NCBI RefSeq assembly: GCF_001194135.2
Contig: NC_068989.1
Span: forward strand, 7,411,516-7,475,515
DNA: 64,000 nucleotides
Reading direction: 5' to 3'
Source of the DNA: Octopus bimaculoides
Lineage: Eukaryota
Part shown: piece after piece, positions 51,361 through 62,721 of the stretch
Numbering within the stretch: position 1 is the stretch's first letter
Layout of the letters: the number at the start of each line of letters is the position of its first letter
The notes under the pieces: generated by a model
Database searches by the model: none
Told to the model about the DNA's origin: nothing
The model's input: the letters and a program-made list of their open reading frames with translations, nothing else
Position numbers and translations under genes: made by a program

Positions 51361-51968
51361 TGGAATAGCAAAGGAAAGTATTGATTGTACTCACTGTGCA
51401 AAATTAGTCTCTACTTAGATTAAAATAATCTTCTTTTTCCAGTAGTCATCAGGTCCAGTCAAAGACCACAAGGACCAAGAGAAATTCCACTCTAAATATA
51501 ATGATTAATGGTACTTATGTGTGCAATGACTTAAATAGCACTTATGTGCTTGAGACGTAAGAGAACTGAGATGATGTAATTGTCATTATCCTCACCATCA
51601 TTGCTGCCTCAGCCACCATCGCTGCCACCACCACCACCACCAACATTACCACTGCCGCCGCTGCCACCACTACCACCATCATCATCATTTGCCATCCAAT
51701 TTTCCAAGGTTGCATGAATCAGACCAGATGGAATTTGTTGAGGTAGGTCTTCTTTGACTGGATGCCTTTCCAGTCTGTGACCCTCACCTGTTATGAAAGG
51801 AAGTAAAATTTTCCCCATAGCTAGACATGTTTTATATGCAAGACTGGAAACGGACAATCATATATGCATGATGGTGATGCTCAAATGCTGTTTAGACCAT
51901 CACACCATGTCTAAACAAGGATGCATATAAACACATACACACACACACAAATATTTACATACATAGAG

Positions 51969-52262
51969 GACTGGCTGTGTGGTAAGAGGTTTGCTTGCCA
52001 ACCACATAGTTCCAGGTTCAGTCCCACTGCGTGGCACCTTGGGCAAGTGTCTTCTACTATAGCCTCAGGCTGACCAAAGCCTTGTGAGTGGATTTGGTAG
52101 ACGGAAACTGAAAGAAGCCCGTCGTATATATGTATGTTTGCGTGTCTGTGCTTGTCCCCCCAACATCGCTTGACAACTGATACTGGTGTGTTTACGTCCC
52201 CGTAACTTAGCGCTTCGGCAAAAGAGATTAATAGAATAAGTACTAGGCTCACAAAGAATAAG
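51969..52262 (+). mobile_element. SINE family B
   Basis: Head, core and a partial tail are present. Confidence 0.8.
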
Positions 52263-53369
52263 TCCAGAAGGTCCAGAAAAGGCGGGAACGCGTTGATATA
52301 GGATGACCACGCATGCACATGAGGGACTTCCTACATGCCTTCCGGAAGACATGTCCCTGCGCATGCGTGGATGAACTTCCCAAAATGGCAACTGGTATTA
52401 GGTGTCACTACACTCTATATCAATATAACAAAAGCATTCAATCCTATTGGTTATAATCAATGCCGTCAGCATTAATTTGTATCCGAGTCTATTGTGAGCA
52501 ACTGAGCCAGTCCATCCTTATGGATGCAAAAGGTTAGGGTTAGGGATGTGGCAGTTCAGACTAAAGGTAGTATAGATGAGCCAGGGGAATCTATCACTGT
52601 AAAAAATTGCTAAGGGACAACAAATTGTGAGATGCTCTTTGCGTCTTTGATGCCTGTCCCCTTGACATCTGTTATTTTCGATCTGGTCCGTCCCCTCATT
52701 GATGACAAGCCACCACTTTAGGTGGTACTTGGCAAGTATCCCTCAGGTATTTGGGTCTGGGTCAATACACTCATAGAGGAAAGTGGCCTTGAGCTGGTTT
52801 CAGCTTTATTAGTTATAATAAGTTTAAACAAATATCAGTCTTATAATTTTGTCACGCTAATGATATAACAGGGCAAAGATTACTTATCTCAGAGAATTTA
52901 GTTTGTTTATATTGAAGATAATCCTCTCTTGCAGACATCAGTGTAGTTATGAAGTTTGCTTCGCAACCAGATGGTTTTGTGCCACTGAGTGACACCTCGG
53001 GCTAATATTTCCCACCATTAATGTGGTGTGCAAGAGAGATGACTGTGCTGGTATGGTCATGTGTTACATATGGATGAGGACAGCTGCGTGAGGAAGTGTC
53101 AGCCCCTAACTATGGAAGGAACCTGTGGAAAAGGTAGACCCAGTAAGACATAGGATAAGGTGGTGAAGCATGACCTTTGAACACTGGGCCTCACAGAGGC
53201 AATGACAGGAGACCGAGACCTAAGGAAATATGCTGTGATCAAGAAGACCCGACAACTAAAGTGAGATCACAGCTACATATGTTCCACCCAGTTAAAAGCA
53301 GCCCTGATGCATCGTGCGATATATGCTTGAGAAGACCTGTTGAGTCAAGTAAAACCAATATTGTAGCTG

Positions 53370-53843
53370 TGGCCAGTGCCGCCTGACTGGCTCCCATGCT
53401 GGTGGCATGTAAAAAGCACCATCCAAATGCGGTCGATGCCAGGTCCGCCTGACTGGCTCCCGTGTCGGTGGCACGTAAAAAGCACCATCCGAGCATGGCC
53501 AATGCCAGTTTCCCCTGACTGGCTCTTGTGCGGGTGGCACATAAAAAGCACCAACAGAACATGGCTGATGCCAATACCCCCTGACTGGCACCCATGCCGG
53601 TGGCATGTAAAAAGCACTATCCGAACGTGAACGATACCAGGCTCGCCTGACTGGCTCCTGTGCCGGTGGCATGTAAAAAGCACCCCTTACACTCTCAGAG
53701 TGGTTGGTGTTAGGAAGGGCATCCAGCTGTAGAAACATTGCCCGATCAGATTGGAGTCTGGTGCAGCCTACTGGCTTGCCAATCTCCAGTCAAACCATCC
53801 AACCCATGCCAGCATGGAAAGCAGATGTTAAACGATGATGATG
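53370..53843 (+). mobile_element. (ATG)n-tailed SINE/LINE-tail family C containing a 66-bp minisatellite (about 5 units)
   Basis: The motif cctgactgg recurs at 53382, 53448, 53514, 53580 and 53646, an exact 66-bp period. It is followed by ...ggaagggcatccagctgtagaaac...cccatgccagcatggaaagcagatgttaaacgatgatgatg. Confidence 0.8.
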
Positions 53844-54480
53844 AGGATGAACAGAAATTTGAAACCCATTTTATATTCAAATCATAAACACAACAGGCTT
53901 ACTCACTAGAAAACAGGACGCCAAACCTCTTGGACCCAGACTAATATCAGGCTGAACTCGATTGCTATCTCTTGAGTAGAGAGAAATGAAAGATAAGAAA
54001 CTTGATCTTTCTGTACAAAATATATTTTTTTCACTTCTCTTTTCTATCTTTTTTCTGTCCTCAACGAATCTAATGAATGCACAAACCACTCCTTTTTATC
54101 TCTTTCAACCAAGATCATCTTCATCGTCATCATTTAATGCCCACTTTTCGATGTTTGCATGGGTCAGGCAGAATATGTTGAGGCAGATTTTCTATGGTCA
54201 GACGTTCCCCTTGCCCCCCACACTCATCTGTCACTTTAAGTTGACAACATACCATCACTTTACTGTGCTGCTACTGCATAAATCTCTCTCAGAGATTTAA
54301 AAATGTATTATTTCTATTTTCAAGATAATATTCTCCTGTGGTTTCTTTGAGCCAAAGCCAGGAACTTTCCAGCACCTCCTCGTAGCAATAAGGGTAACAA
54401 AAACAACAACAGAGCAATGAAATTGTTTATTGGTAATGATAAATATAAATCTCAATATTGTCAATTTAGTGGAAAAAAAG

Positions 54481-57400
54481 TTAGCATCTTTCATAGACAT
54501 GGTAGGTCCATTTAATACCATTTTCCTCTTGTTCTTCTCTTGGAACATCTTCAACACTAGAAGCGTAAACAAAAAATAGTTATTTTTTAGGATTTAAGAA
54601 CAAAATAATTGACATTAGTAGAGTTTTATAAACTTTTGAGAGAACATGGAATAATTCAAGTTTTTGAGCAGTGGGATCTGGATGGTGTGAGCCTCGACGT
54701 CTGCTTTTCCAGAAGGGAATTAATTCAAAAAGGGAAAAATTTTTTTTATTTGTAACAGGGTTGGTTAATGAGTGAAATATAACGAAATCAGGTTTACATA
54801 AACGATGAAGAGGATAACACAAAAAACAAAAACAAAAATAAAGAGATGTGGGGGAGGGAGTGATTGAAATAAGATGTATAAATCATGGAAACCCCTGTTC
54901 GAGATGATAGATTAGGGTTCAGCAATTTCTTATTAAATGACCTGTGCACACAATTCGTTAATAGTGGTTATAGGCATAGGAGTGGCTGTGTGGTAAGTAG
55001 CTTGCTTACCAACCACATGGTCCCGGGTTTAGTCCCACTGCGTGGCACCTTGGGCAAGTGTCTTCTACTATAGCCTCAGGCTGACCAAAGCCTTGTGAGT
55101 GGATTTGGTAGACGGAAACTGAAAGAAGCCNNNNNNNNNNGACCAAAGCCTTGTGAGTGGATTTGGTAGACGGAAACTGAAAGAAGCCCGTCGTATATAT
55201 ATATATATATGTGTGTGTGTGTGCGTTTGTCCCCCCAACATTGCTTGACAACCGATGCTGGTGTGTTTACGTCCCCGTAACTTAGCGGTTTGGCAAAAGA
55301 GAACTGATAGAATAAGTACTAGGCTAACAAAAGAAAAAGTCCTGGAGTCGATTTGCTCGACTAAAGGCGGTGCTCCAGCATGGCCACAGTCAAATGACTG
55401 AAACAAGTAAAAGAGTAAATGATTGTGTTCCACATTCGTCCACTTGGTGCGTGGTGTGCCACATGCCAGATGTTGAAGTGATGAGAGAGCAACACGAGAT
55501 GAAGTGTTTTGCTCAAGAACACTCTAACCAATAGCCCACACGCCCTCAAAAGCTATACAAATAAATAATAACGCAGATTTTTTTCTGATACAGGAGGCTT
55601 CATCAAGTGCCTTGGGGGGAAATTTCGAACCTGGGTTCTCATTCCTAAGGTATATGGCGTAGTGGTTAAGAGCGCAGTCACAATTTATGTTCCTAACATT
55701 AGAGTTAAATGTAAACATAAGACTGCCCTCCACATTCATTAACTTTGTTTCAATTAACTTATATTAGCTTATATTAGCTTAGACACCATCACTGAAATCT
55801 TAAGGATCTTGTCCTGATAATCTCAATTAACTCTCTCTAATGATGACGCTGACAAATATTAATTTGGTGGAATTTCTCTTGTAATAATTTAAATATTTAC
55901 TTGTCGAGTTCCTTGTATTGTTTGGATTCAAACTCTGGGAAAAACACATCAACGTCGAAGTCTGCATGTATTCTGGTGAGATAAAGTCGGATGTCATAGT
56001 TTGATTCGAGAACTTCCTAGAGAAAATGAAAAGCAAAAATATGAAGACATTTGTTACCATTGCCGACTCATCCAAATAATTTGTAAATTAAGCACAACAC
56101 TTTAAATTTAGAATATGGATATCGTCGATTATACTGACTGGTTCTTATTTTAATACAGAAGGATGCAAAGCAAAGTTAACCCATCAAGCCAAGTGAAATT
56201 GTAGTCATGGCAGATATTGGTGTCATGCAAACAGTACCTGTGCTAGTGGCATGTAAAAGCACCCATTACACTCTTGCAGTGGTTGGCGTTAGGAAAACCA
56301 TGCCAAATCAGACTGGAGTCTAGTGCACTCTCTCAGCTTACTGGCCCTGGTCAAACCATCCAACCCATGCCAGCATGGACAATGGATATTAAATGACGAC
56401 GACAATGATAATGAGATTCATTCACAGGGCTTTGGTCAGTCTAAGCCTATAATAGAAGATTCTTGCTTGCCCAAGGTGTCAAGCAGTGAGACTGAACCTG
56501 GAACCACGTGGTTGGGAAGCAGGCTTTTTACCACACAGCCACGCCTGATAACATTTTAAAGATGTTGGTAATCGGGAACTGATACCGGCGTTGTACACCT
56601 GACTATCAGTTTAAGGCCATAAAGGTAACAAAGAAAGCAAAACAAGGAAGAAAAACCAAAGATTTGGAACTTACTTGGTACACTCCGCTGCCACCAATAA
56701 TAAAAAGCTTGTTCACTTTATCTTTGATGGAACCATTTTGGAATAAATCGATAGCTTCTTTTAAATCTCTGGCAAGGTGAGCCCCTTCAGGAGCATTGCT
56801 AGAAGAAGAATTTAAAAAAAGGTGGGGGGGGGGAAAGAAAATGAAAGGTAAGATGTGAATAAATTTCTGTAGGAAATTTAGTGAAACAAATTCTATACAA
56901 AACAAGGCAAGTTTTCAGGAAACAGTCAAATCAACTTTTATTGTTTTATGGAAGGTTTTTAGTCAAACAAATCGACCCTAGGAATTATTTTTAAGGCCTA
57001 GTACTTATTCTGCTGNNNNNNNNNNNNNNNNNNNNNNNNNNNNNNNNNNNNNNNNNNNNNNNNNNNNNNNNNNNNNNNNNNNNNNNNNNNNNNNNNNNNN
57101 NNNNNNNNNNNNNNNNNNNNNNNNNNNNNNNNNNNNNNNNNNNNNNNNNNNNNNNNNNNNNNNNNNNNNNNNNNNNNNNNNNNNNNNNNNNNNNNNNNNN
57201 NNNNNNNNNNNNNNNNNNNNNNNNNNNNNNNNNNNNNNNNNNNNNNNNNNNNNNNNNNNNNNNNNNNNNNNNNNNNNNNNNNNNNNNNNNNNNNNNNNNN
57301 NNNNNNNNNNNNNNNNNNNNNNNNNNNNNNNNNNNNNNNNNNNNNNNNNNNNNNNNNNNNNNNNNNNNNNNNNNNNNNNNNNNNNNNNNNNNNNNNNNNN

Positions 57401-57778
57401 NNNNNNNNNNNNNNNNNNNNNNNNNNNNNNNNNNNNNNNNNNNNNNNNNNNNNNNNNNNNNNNNNNNNNNNNNNNNNNNNNNNNNNNNNNNNNNNNNNNN
57501 NNNNNNNNNNNNNNNNNNNNNNNNNNNNNNNNNNNNNNNNNNNNNNNNNNNNNNNNNNNNNNNNNNNNNNNNNNNNNNNNNNNNNNNNNNNNNNNNNNNN
57601 NNNNNNNNNNNNNNNNNNNNNNNNNNNNNNNNNNNNNNNNNNNNNNNNNNNNNNNNNNNNNNNNNNNNNNNNNNNNNNNNNNNNNNNNNNNNNNNNNNNN
57701 NNNNNNNNNNNNNNNNNNNNNNNNNNNNNNNNNNNNNNNNNNNNNNNNNNNNNNNNNNNNNNNNNNNNNNNNNNNNNN

Positions 57779-57828
<50 letters not shown>

Positions 57829-60719
57829 GCTCTTGGTGTGAATGGTTTTCTTATACGGTGCAAGGTTTTACAATCCTGTAAATAATAATATTGTCATTCA
57901 TATATGCCTAAAGCTTATAGTGATCACCTAATGCCAACCACTCCAAGAGTGTAGTGGGTGCTTTTTACGTGCCACCAGCACAGGGGCCAGAGGAGCTGGC
58001 ATCAACCACGATCGGATGGTGCTTTTTATGTGCTACCGGCACGGAGGCCAGTCGAAGTGGCACTGGCATTGACCATGTTCGGATGGTGCTTTATACGTGC
58101 TACCGACACAGGGATCACAACTACAATTTCCATTTGATTTGATTTTGATGTTGCTGTAGATGTTGATGTACTTGACTCAATAGGTCCCCTCAAGCACAGC
58201 ACGTCGCCCTACAATCCAAGGTACTTTTGAATGGGCTGGTTATGTGACACTGGTGTGGGTTACGGCTGTGGACTCACTATATTTGCCTGGTCTTCTCAGT
58301 CCCAGCATACCTCCAGAGGTCTCTGTCTTTTGTCATTGCCTGTGAGGCCCAACATTCGAAGGTCATGCTTCACCACCTCACCCTATGTCTTCCTGGGTTG
58401 GTTTTAAATTCCTGAGGCTCTATTAGAGCACTAATTAGTTGTGCTGTACTATGGGATAATTATCCCACTTATTTCTTCATTATATATATAGAAATCGACC
58501 CATGATAAACAATGATGTGGCTTTTAAAATTCATAACAGAACATGTGTAAAATGTGGAAGGGTGTGCCTCTTAGTTGGAAGCCTAAAAAGACATGTTAAG
58601 GGAGTGCATATGGTGGCACCAGTTTCTCCTGCCAGCCAGCACAGTTGTCTAGTAAGTAATAAAATGTGTAAAAGCTTGGTCAGGCTTAAAAGTCATATAA
58701 GGGCATCACATGGCAACAATCAGGAATCATTTCAGTAAGTCTTCTTGGCAATGACTTTTCTTGTGTAACAAGGATGCAGCTGTGATATATATATATATAT
58801 ATGTATATATATCATTTCTTTTATCTTTTACTTGTTTCAGTCATTTGACTGTGGCCATGCTGGAGCACTGCCTTGAAACTTTAGTTGAATGTAGTTCAAT
58901 AATCGAAAACAGCTAGGTAAAAAAGAAAGAAAAGAAAAACAAAAGACAAGCAAGCAAGAAAGAGAGAGAGAGAGAGAGAGAGAGAAAGCTCTAACCTGGA
59001 TGTTCCGACTTTTTAGTAATGAAGGAGAAGAAAGCCATCTCTTTCCTAAAAGAGAAGAAAATGTGGAAAATATTAAGGTTAGGAAAAGAATGGAGGCATT
59101 AACACAGACAGTGATGATAATACAGTTCTATATTTAAGAGATGAGGGATTATTTACATTATTTACAGTTGACAGATATTTGTCCCCAGATTGTTTGTTGT
59201 TAACACAACGTTTCGGCTGTTATTATTATCATTATTGAGTGAGAGAGCAGTGCATGCCATCAAAGTGGCACTGGGGTAAAATATACGAAGCCCATTATAC
59301 CCATCATGACTACCCGTCTGATAAGGGTACACCAGGCACTTGCATCACAACTATGTGCGCGACACGGTGATCTCATATCAAGATAAACAGCGCATGACCT
59401 CGCAGGTGGGGCCCAGTTAGAATTTTCTTCAGGTCGAGTAACCCATCCCGCTGAAAAGGTCCCTGAATAAGGTTTGTTTAAGGATGTTGAGCAAAATACC
59501 CATGTTTCCAAAGGTGAATTATTCAAACCCCAAAGAACTCCTCTCAACACATGGCTATGATGCTGCCCCACTACTTCTGCTCATGATCAGAGATGCACAT
59601 ATCGTCAGCCACCAAGGGACATGCTCAACTGGTTAAGGTCAAACAATTGACAAGCAAATCTCTACTGTTGAGTAGAATATTTGCTGTAGCCCATCTTTTA
59701 TACCATGACAAAACAATGTACATGATAACACTTCCAATCAATTAAGATCAGAAGCCATGAGAGCCACTGCCTGGTACTGCATCCGGGCATTTATTATTAT
59801 TATTATTATACCCACGGGCATATGGCGTAGTGATTAAGATCAAGGGCTACTAACCCCAAGGTTCCGAGTTTGATTCCAGGCAGTGACCTGAATAATAATA
59901 ATAGCAAGATTATTCAAGGCGGTGCCCCAGCATGGGTGCAATCCAATGACTGAAACATATTTTCCTTCAGCCATAAGGCTGGTTATCCGGTTTCCATGCC
60001 ATACACGAGATCCAAGGTCACATGACAGCTGAAGGAGGGCACCGGTCCATAGCACAGTTCAAGGTCAGTAATTTCGACCGGAGACAAGTCGATTACACGG
60101 ACCCCAGTACTTGATAGTTTATTTTACCGACCCCGTAGAAATGCAAGGCAGAATTGACCCGTTTTCGGCGTAACCTTGACCCTAAACACCGGGTGTGCGT
60201 ATTCTTTATGCACACCCGGTGTTTAGGGTCAAGGTTACGTCGAAAACGGGTCAATTGACCTTAGTGAAATTTGAATTCAAAATGTAAAGAGCCGGAAGAA
60301 ATGCTGCTAAATATTTTGTCCGACGTGCTTACGGATTTGCAAGCTCACCCGCATTATGGCGCGATTTAGCCGGAACCAAATATAGCAATGGAAGTTAAAA
60401 ACCGATACGAAAAAGGCAATGGGCGAAATGTACTGCGTTTCAGTATATAGGCTGCTAGAAGAATAGACACGTATCATATCTCGAAATTTTACTTAAAATT
60501 TGATCATTTCTTTCTGTCTCTTTCTCTGCACACACACACACACACGGAGGCGAACACCTTTCTTCATGTGATTGGCTTAGAAATTAAGACACCAGGATAT
60601 TTTCCTACTTTTCTTAACTTGAAATCAACAATAGCCTTAATTCACAAATAAAGAAAATAATATCCACCAATGCGGTTGCTGAGCACTCACTCATTTCCAT
60701 CGTTCGACATTACGCATAC

Positions 60720-60773
<54 letters not shown>

Positions 60774-62562
60774 CATACCACAGTGCCGGACGTAGTGTCT
60801 TTACAGGTGGCATGATTCTAAATACGTTTTTGAAGAAGAAGCGAAGTATCAATTTGACAAAGAATTCATTCGAAATTCAAATGCGGTACTATTCTTTGAA
60901 TATGTGTCTCAAAAATGAAAAGGATAACATGCAATGATTTTCAGATTCATTTTTTTCTTCTTTCATTTCTGTTGTTAAATTTTAGACTCAGTTGAATTGC
61001 ACCATAAATTAAAAAAGGATTGCTTTTATTTAGGCAGAGTTTCAGATGTTTAGCGAGGGGGGGGGCGGCGGGAGGGCACTTAATCAGATGTCAAAAATAA
61101 AGCCTGGTTCTCACTAAAAATAATGAACCATTATATTTATTTTATTGTCAAGAACTGGGTTTTTGAATCACAACTTTTACTGCAGTGCTGTTTATAATTA
61201 CAGCCATTATAAACAGACCCTGTGAAGTATAACGCGCTAGACATGAAACAAAATGAAATTGCTACATAGTAGATTAACCTGCTAGAAATAGCTGCCAAAT
61301 TCCTTAAAAGTATGTCCTGTTGTATCAACAGTGAAATGAAAGACTGGAGAATAGACTCTTACATAGTCCTAAAGACCGGATGTTCACAGTTTTGAATGCT
61401 TGTAATTTCGAGTTTGCTCGATCAATGTTAAAATCTCACGGTAAAGATCTTTATATTGATCCGGTTAATATAAAGATCTAAGACGCCATCGTGGACATGT
61501 ATCCCGTTAAAAGTAAAAAGGGAGACATTTCTTGGGTGAAAGATCTCATCTGTATTTTATAACAGTGTAAGTAATAGCAAGAGAATATATCTTGACCCAC
61601 GACAACACAAATTACGCATCCTTAACAGAATGATTCTGTAATAACATACAGAACATTAACTGCAGCTGTTTTTTTTTTGTTTTGTTTTCGTTAAAGGGCG
61701 AGGACCTTTATATTGACCGTAATAACTTGGTATTCATAGATTTATGACAACAGCAGCTTCGAATACTACTATATCTATAAACCTCAGTTTTAAAACTTTC
61801 GTAGTAATTCTCAATAAAGATTTATGAGCCAACGTGAAAGCATGTAAACAGCTACGCGAACCAACAGAATTGGCGACCAAACATCCTAATCGCACCTTGA
61901 CTTGGACGATATATTCCAGTCTGTTCGAAGCAGTTTTATAAGTTTGTGTATGCTCTGAGTGATATATAGTTTTCTTTTTATAAGTCCCAAGTTACTCGGG
62001 TGGTTGAAAAAAAGAATGTGTATTATATATGATGCTCCTGAAAACAAATTCTGTGTATCATGATACACAGGACAGGCAAAAAAAATTTAAAAGAGAATAC
62101 GTTGATTCTACGGTGGAGCTGGACGACATAAATAATGGGACGGTCACGACTGGAATATGGCTGATCAAATGGTTCACTGTAGTTCATTTTAGCGACAAAT
62201 TTGATTTGATGTTTTGACAACGAATTATAAACGATCAGGATTAGTGTTAAGTGTTAAAAACGAAACCGCGTGGGGTTGTAAAAATGATAGAAAAAGATAG
62301 CTTTAAGAATATAATCTGTAATTAAATCTGTTATGTCGTTGGACAGAATAACATTTATTGAGAAGTATACAAATTGTATAAATGGCGGAGTTTTCTACAT
62401 AATATTATTTATACATACATGTATATATATATAAATATATACCTACTTTAATCTCCAAGGTATTTTGTTGTTACAACCGATGCCTCTGTTCTTGCACATA
62501 GCCACAATCAGATTCAATTTAATGCCATTCATTGTGCTATGAACACCATTCGTTTCTGCCAT
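54481..62562 (-). CDS. DHFR: Dihydrofolate reductase; five of six coding exons visible
   Basis: Exon 1 is 62562-62447 (MAETNGVHSTMNGIKLNLIVAMCKNRGIGCNNKIPWRLK). Exon 2 is 59045-58996 (KEMAFFSFITKKSEHPG, 50 nt). Exon 4 is 56798-56675 (NAPEGAHLARDLKEAIDL...LFIIGGSGVYQ). Exon 5 is 56016-55901 (EVLESNYDIRLYLTRIHADFDVDVFFPEF, 116 nt). Exon 6 is 54556-54481 (EENGIKWTYHVYERC-stop). Exon sizes and phases mirror vertebrate DHFR. Exon 3 (the ..IMGRKTW.SIP..RPL..R.N.VLS segment) is not found in the sequenced bases. Confidence 0.93.
54975..55395 (+). mobile_element. SINE family B in DHFR intron 5, interrupted by a 10-N gap with duplicated flanks
   Basis: Head, core and tail are present, and 55081-55130 is repeated after the gap. 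Confidence 0.8.
57016..57778. other. Assembly gap likely containing DHFR exon 3
   Basis: This N-run lies between exon 2 (ends in phase 1) and exon 4 (starts in phase 2), so a 3n+1 nt exon is required. None was found in the flanking sequenced DNA. Confidence 0.75.
59237..59790. repeat. Interspersed repeat flanked by (ATT)n tracts
   Basis: This is a higher-GC block of about 550 bp, sharply bounded by tattattatc and ttattattat microsatellites, with no coding signal. Its repeat status is inferred because there is no second copy in the window. Confidence 0.5.
60156..60252. mobile_element. 97-bp palindromic MITE-like insertion with AATT duplication, inside a family D SINE in DHFR intron 1
   Basis: The arms 60152-60201 and 60207-60256 are complementary at 48 of 50 positions around a 5-nt loop. 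Removing the insert restores the SINE sequence gcagAATTgaccttagtg. Confidence 0.75.
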
Positions 62563-62707
62563 TTTAAAGAGCGCGCAATGTTAGTGCTTTTCTTGTATAT
62601 TTATTCTCGCCCTTTCACTTCGTAACAGTTTCTCTTTGAATGAATAAATGTGTATGCATAAACGTGTGTGTATGTATGTGTGTATGTATGTGTCATGCTC
62701 TCCCTGA

Positions 62708-62721
62708 TTTCGCGCCATTTT
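62708..62721 (+). promoter_or_regulatory. E2F motif (TTTCGCGC) overlapping a YY1-like CGCCATTTT, about 150 bp upstream of the DHFR ATG
   Basis: The sequence TTTCGCGCCATTTT closely resembles the mammalian DHFR promoter E2F element TTTCGCGCCAAA. Confidence 0.45.

Noticed and set aside
52532-52546. Two TTAGGG telomere-like units
   Set aside because: Two units are too few to indicate an interstitial telomeric array.
53292-53738. Long repetitive ORFs on both strands, CRISPR-like periodicity
   Set aside because: These are explained by a 66-bp minisatellite within a retro-element. There are no unique spacers and no cas genes, and the context is eukaryotic.
58494-58510. Minus-strand IMGR peptide resembling DHFR exon 3
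   Set aside because: The surrounding residues do not match, an in-frame stop follows five codons later, and there are no suitable splice sites.
61445-61479. 13-bp-arm AT-rich inverted repeat in DHFR intron 1
   Set aside because: It is short and AT-rich, and such repeats are expected occasionally by chance or slippage in this base composition.
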